A model generated the notes under the pieces. The model was not told where the DNA came from, did not search any database, and saw nothing but the letters and a program-made list of their open reading frames with translations. Of a DNA stretch of 64,000 nt, positions 60,845 through 64,000 are shown in pieces. Position 1 is the stretch's first letter, and each line of letters begins with the position of its first letter. A program made the position numbers and the translations under genes. Where the stretch lies: assembly GCF_988243305.1 (NCBI RefSeq), contig NZ_OZ547136.1; one strand, given 5' to 3'.

Positions 60845-61883
60845 ACGCAAGGCACAGCGTCGCGCGATGTTTGGCGGATTCGATGCCCAGCTCAATCAAC
60901 TCCATTACCTGGATTGCCTGACTTGCCGGAACCGGATTTTCACCATCGCCATTTAACGCATCACGAATAGCCGCATAGTAAGCCGGATAATTCCCTGGTA
61001 CTGTCAACAGCGTTTCTTCGACACGTTCCTCACCTTCCACGCGGGTAAGTACGCCATCACGCATATCGTAGCCCCAGTCTTCCTGCGGCAGACGCTCGCC
61101 ATTTTTCAGACGTTCTTCCTGTGGATCGAGGCCATATTTCACATAACTGCCTCGGGATCCATGCACGATATAACGTGCTGACTCAGCGGCTGCCAGCATG
61201 GTGCCGTGTAAAATGACTCGCCGCTGCGGATAGGACAAGATGGCGTGGAAATAATCGGTCGACTGCGCTCCGGGCCGTAACTGTGCCAAATCTACCGTCA
61301 TGCTAACCGGTAAACCAAATAACGTAATGGCCTGATCAAGAAGGTGCGGTGCTAAATCGTACCAGATACCGCTGCCAGGGCCGCCCTGTTCACGCCAACG
61401 ATCGCGCACCTGCGGACGGAAACGGTCAAAATGAGACTCAAAGTAAGCAACTTCACCCAGTACGCCTTCCGCGAGCAAACCTTTTAGCGTCAGGAAATCG
61501 CTATCCCAGCGACGGTTATGGAATACAGACAGCACACGCCCCAGGCTTTTTGCCAGCGCTTCCAGCTCGCGCGCTTGTGACAGTGTCACGGTAAAGGGTT
61601 TATCAACGACCACATGTTTACCCGCCTCAAGCGCCGCTTTGGCTAACGGGAAATGGGTATCGTTGGGTGTAGGAATGACAATCAGGTCTATGTTGGGATC
61701 GTTAAACAGATGCTTCGGCTCAGAGACAACCGTAACCGTTGGCCAGTCGGCTTTTACTTTTGTTTCATCACTGCTGGAGATTACCGCCAGTTCCAGCCCG
61801 GGCGTGCCCGCAATCAGGGGCGCATGGAAGGTTTTGCTCGCATAACCATACCCAATCAACCCAACACGGATGTTGTCGCTCAT
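60843..61883 (-). CDS. ydgJ: Gfo/Idh/MocA-family NAD(P)-dependent oxidoreductase
   Basis: Start at MSDNIRVGLIGYGYASK (Rossmann motif); track ORF extends 13 codons upstream. Confidence 0.85.
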   Translation of the reverse strand: MSDNIRVGLIGYGYASKTFHAPLIAGTPGLELAVISSSDETKVKADWPTVTVVSEPKHLFNDPNIDLIVIPTPNDTHFPLAKAALEAGKHVVVDKPFTVTLSQARELEALAKSLGRVLSVFHNRRWDSDFLTLKGLLAEGVLGEVAYFESHFDRFRPQVRDRWREQGGPGSGIWYDLAPHLLDQAITLFGLPVSMTVDLAQLRPGAQSTDYFHAILSYPQRRVILHGTMLAAAESARYIVHGSRGSYVKYGLDPQEERLKNGERLPQEDWGYDMRDGVLTRVEGEERVEETLLTVPGNYPAYYAAIRDALNGDGENPVPASQAIQVMELIELGIESAKHRATLCLA

Positions 61884-62125
61884 GTCATTGCCTCTCATTG
61901 AAGTATGATGGCTATTTGACACTATCCTTTACCCACGCTCAACAGTTTAATAACCTGCCAGCAATAAGGGATGTTGTTTAACTTAAGTCAAAAAAATAGC
62001 GAATTTTCCAACGACAAAAGCTAAATATCGCAAAAACCTCAGTAAAAATCTTGCTGGAGCTATTATTGCTAAGTAACATTTACCCCCTGAAGTTAATGGA
62101 TCAATCAAGAGAGATGTGGGCTGTA

Positions 62126-62251
62126 ATGAATCGTCTTATTGAATTAACAGGTTGGATCGTTCTTGTCGTTTCAGTCATTCTTCTTGGCGTGGCGAGTCAC
62201 ATTGACAACTATCAGCCACCTGAACAGAGTGCTTCGGTACAACACAAGTAA
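62126..62251 (+). CDS. blr: Small membrane protein Blr (41 aa)
   Basis: MNRLIELTGWIVLVVSVILLGVASHIDNYQPPEQSASVQHK within track ORF 62051..62251. Confidence 0.7.
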   Translation: MNRLIELTGWIVLVVSVILLGVASHIDNYQPPEQSASVQHK

Positions 62252-62523
62252 GCTCTGCACTTGTGGAGCGACATGCTGCCCGTCCGGGTGCATGTTTTCA
62301 CTTGTCGGATATTAAACCAGGAATTTATTATCTTGTTCGATGTTGTTGGTGATTGTCAGGGATAGTAAAGCGCGTTACTCTTTTCAGAGCAGTTTTTCAT
62401 CCCTGAATATTTGCCATCAGCGCATTCTTATTATTGTAATAACACAAGCGTTCACTTTTGGTGAAATTTTATCATCACTAATAATACCTACCCCTTTGGT
62501 ATTAATTATTTTATGGACCTTTT

Positions 62524-62739
62524 ATGACTGTTCAGGACTACTTATTAAAATTTCGCAAAATCAGTTCACTCGAAAGTTTGGAAAAACTCTACGACCATCT
62601 TAATTACACCCTGACGGACGATCAGGAACTGATCAATATGTATCGTGCTGCCGATCACCGTCGCGCAGAGCTGGTTTCTGGCGGGCGTTTGTTTGACCTC
62701 GGCCAGGTACCGAAGTCCGTCTGGCACTATGTCCAATAA
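62524..62739 (+). CDS. cnu: Hha-family nucleoid-associated modulator Cnu (YdgT)
   Basis: 71-aa [54 protein letters not shown]... Confidence 0.9.
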
Positions 62740-62824
62740 AGAAAGTAGCGATCGGTTATAAAAGCCTTATAATAACGCCCCTAAAATTAGATTTGCCTGT
62801 TTGCGTCGCTATTCTGGAGAACCT

Positions 62825-63265
62825 ATGACCACCACAACGCCACAACGTATTGGAGGCTGGTTGCTTGGCCCATTGGCCTGGCTTTTAGTCGCTCTGTTAA
62901 GTACGACGCTGGCGTTGTTGCTGTATACCGCTGCGTTATCTTCTCCGCAAACATTTCAAACGCTCGGCGAACAAGCACTGACGACACAAATCTTATGGGG
63001 CGTTTCTTTTATTACCGCTATCGCCATGTGGTATTACACACTGTGGTTGACCATCGCTTTCTTTAAACGTCGGCGTTGTGTTCCTAAACACTATATTATC
63101 TGGCTGCTTATTTCCGTATTGCTGGCAGTAAAAGCGTTCGCTTTTTCACCCGTGGAAGATGGCATAGCCGTTCGCCAGTTACTGTTTACTTTGTTGGCAA
63201 CCGCATTGATCGTCCCCTATTTTAAACGCTCGTCGCGGGTGAAAGCGACGTTTGTGAATCCGTAA
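62825..63265 (+). CDS. ydgK: DUF2569-type inner membrane protein
   Basis: Start at MTTTTPQRIGGWLLGPL (146 aa); hydrophobic. Confidence 0.8.
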   Translation: MTTTTPQRIGGWLLGPLAWLLVALLSTTLALLLYTAALSSPQTFQTLGEQALTTQILWGVSFITAIAMWYYTLWLTIAFFKRRRCVPKHYIIWLLISVLLAVKAFAFSPVEDGIAVRQLLFTLLATALIVPYFKRSSRVKATFVNP

Positions 63266-63341
63266 TAACCTTACAGTTAACCTGTTGTCGCCTGCTCTGG
63301 ATTAACGGATAATAGGCGGCTTTTTTATTTCAGGCCGAAAA

Positions 63342-63923
63342 ATGACTGACTACCTGTTACTGTTTGTCGGAACTGTACTGGTCAATAACTTTGTACTGGT
63401 CAAGTTTCTCGGTCTCTGTCCGTTTATGGGGGTTTCCAAAAAGCTGGAAACCGCGATGGGCATGGGGCTGGCTACAACGTTTGTGATGACGCTGGCGTCT
63501 ATTTGCGCCTGGCTTATCGATACGTGGATTTTGATCCCGCTTAATCTGATTTACCTGCGCACCCTGGCGTTTATTCTGGTGATTGCTGTGGTTGTGCAGT
63601 TCACCGAGATGGTGGTGCGCAAAACCAGCCCGGTGCTTTACCGTCTGCTGGGGATTTTTTTGCCGCTTATCACCACCAACTGTGCAGTGCTCGGCGTGGC
63701 GTTGCTGAATATCAATCTCGGGCACAATTTCTTGCAGTCGGCGCTGTACGGTTTTTCCGCCGCTGTCGGTTTCTCGCTGGTGATGGTGCTTTTCGCCGCC
63801 ATCCGCGAACGCCTTGCTGTGGCTGATGTCCCGGCACCTTTTCGCGGTAATGCCATTGCGTTAATTACCGCAGGTCTTATGTCTCTGGCCTTTATGGGCT
63901 TTAGTGGTTTGGTGAAGTTGTAA
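63342..63923 (+). CDS. rsxA: Rnf/Rsx electron transport complex subunit A
   Basis: 193-aa polytopic membrane protein [32 protein letters not shown]... Confidence 0.9.
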
Positions 63924-64000
63924 TGAATGCTATCTGGATTGCCGTTGCCGCCGTGAGCCTGCTGGGCCTGGCGTTTGGCGCCATTCTGGGTTATGCCTCC
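63923..64000 (+). CDS. rsxB: Rnf/Rsx electron transport complex subunit B, 5' end only (truncated by window end)
   Basis: ATG at 63923 overlapping the rsxA stop; [26 protein letters not shown]. Confidence 0.8.

Overview
This window is an Escherichia coli-type chromosomal segment with the conserved gene order ynfD'-ynfEFGH-dmsD-clcB-ynfK-mlc-ynfL-ynfM-asr-ydgU-ydgD-mdtIJ-tqsA ... pntBA-ydgH-ydgI-folM-ydgC-rstAB-tus-fumC-fumA-manA-ydgA-uidCBA-uidR-hdhA-malI-malXY-add-ydgJ-blr-cnu-ydgK-rsxA-rsxB'. The main finding is a ~15.3 kb mobile island (about 16467..31795) inserted inside the coding sequence of tqsA, splitting it into a 5' stub and a 3' remainder flanked by a 9-bp direct repeat (TGCTGTTAT). 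The island is transcribed almost entirely on the minus strand: tyrosine integrase, AlpA-like regulator, a small-gene region, a RecA-fold replication ATPase followed by an iteron array, an SSB, a terminator-bounded small gene, then a complete HK97-type head and packaging module (major capsid, prohead protease, portal, two head-completion proteins, HNH endonuclease, small and large terminase). No tail, lysis or phage repressor genes are recognisable. This is the layout expected of a helper-dependent phage satellite that builds its own capsid, resembling what I recall of capsid-forming PICIs; that assignment is from memory and not searched. Other points inside the island are a G9 homopolymer that splits one gene into two frames, a divergent control region with two copies of a perfect palindrome in front of a small RHH-like gene, a recurring 14-bp motif in four intergenic regions, and a terminator directly abutting the capsid start codon. 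All calls rest on reading the sequence and the supplied ORF track plus recalled protein families; no database search or HMM was run, and starts of small genes are approximate.
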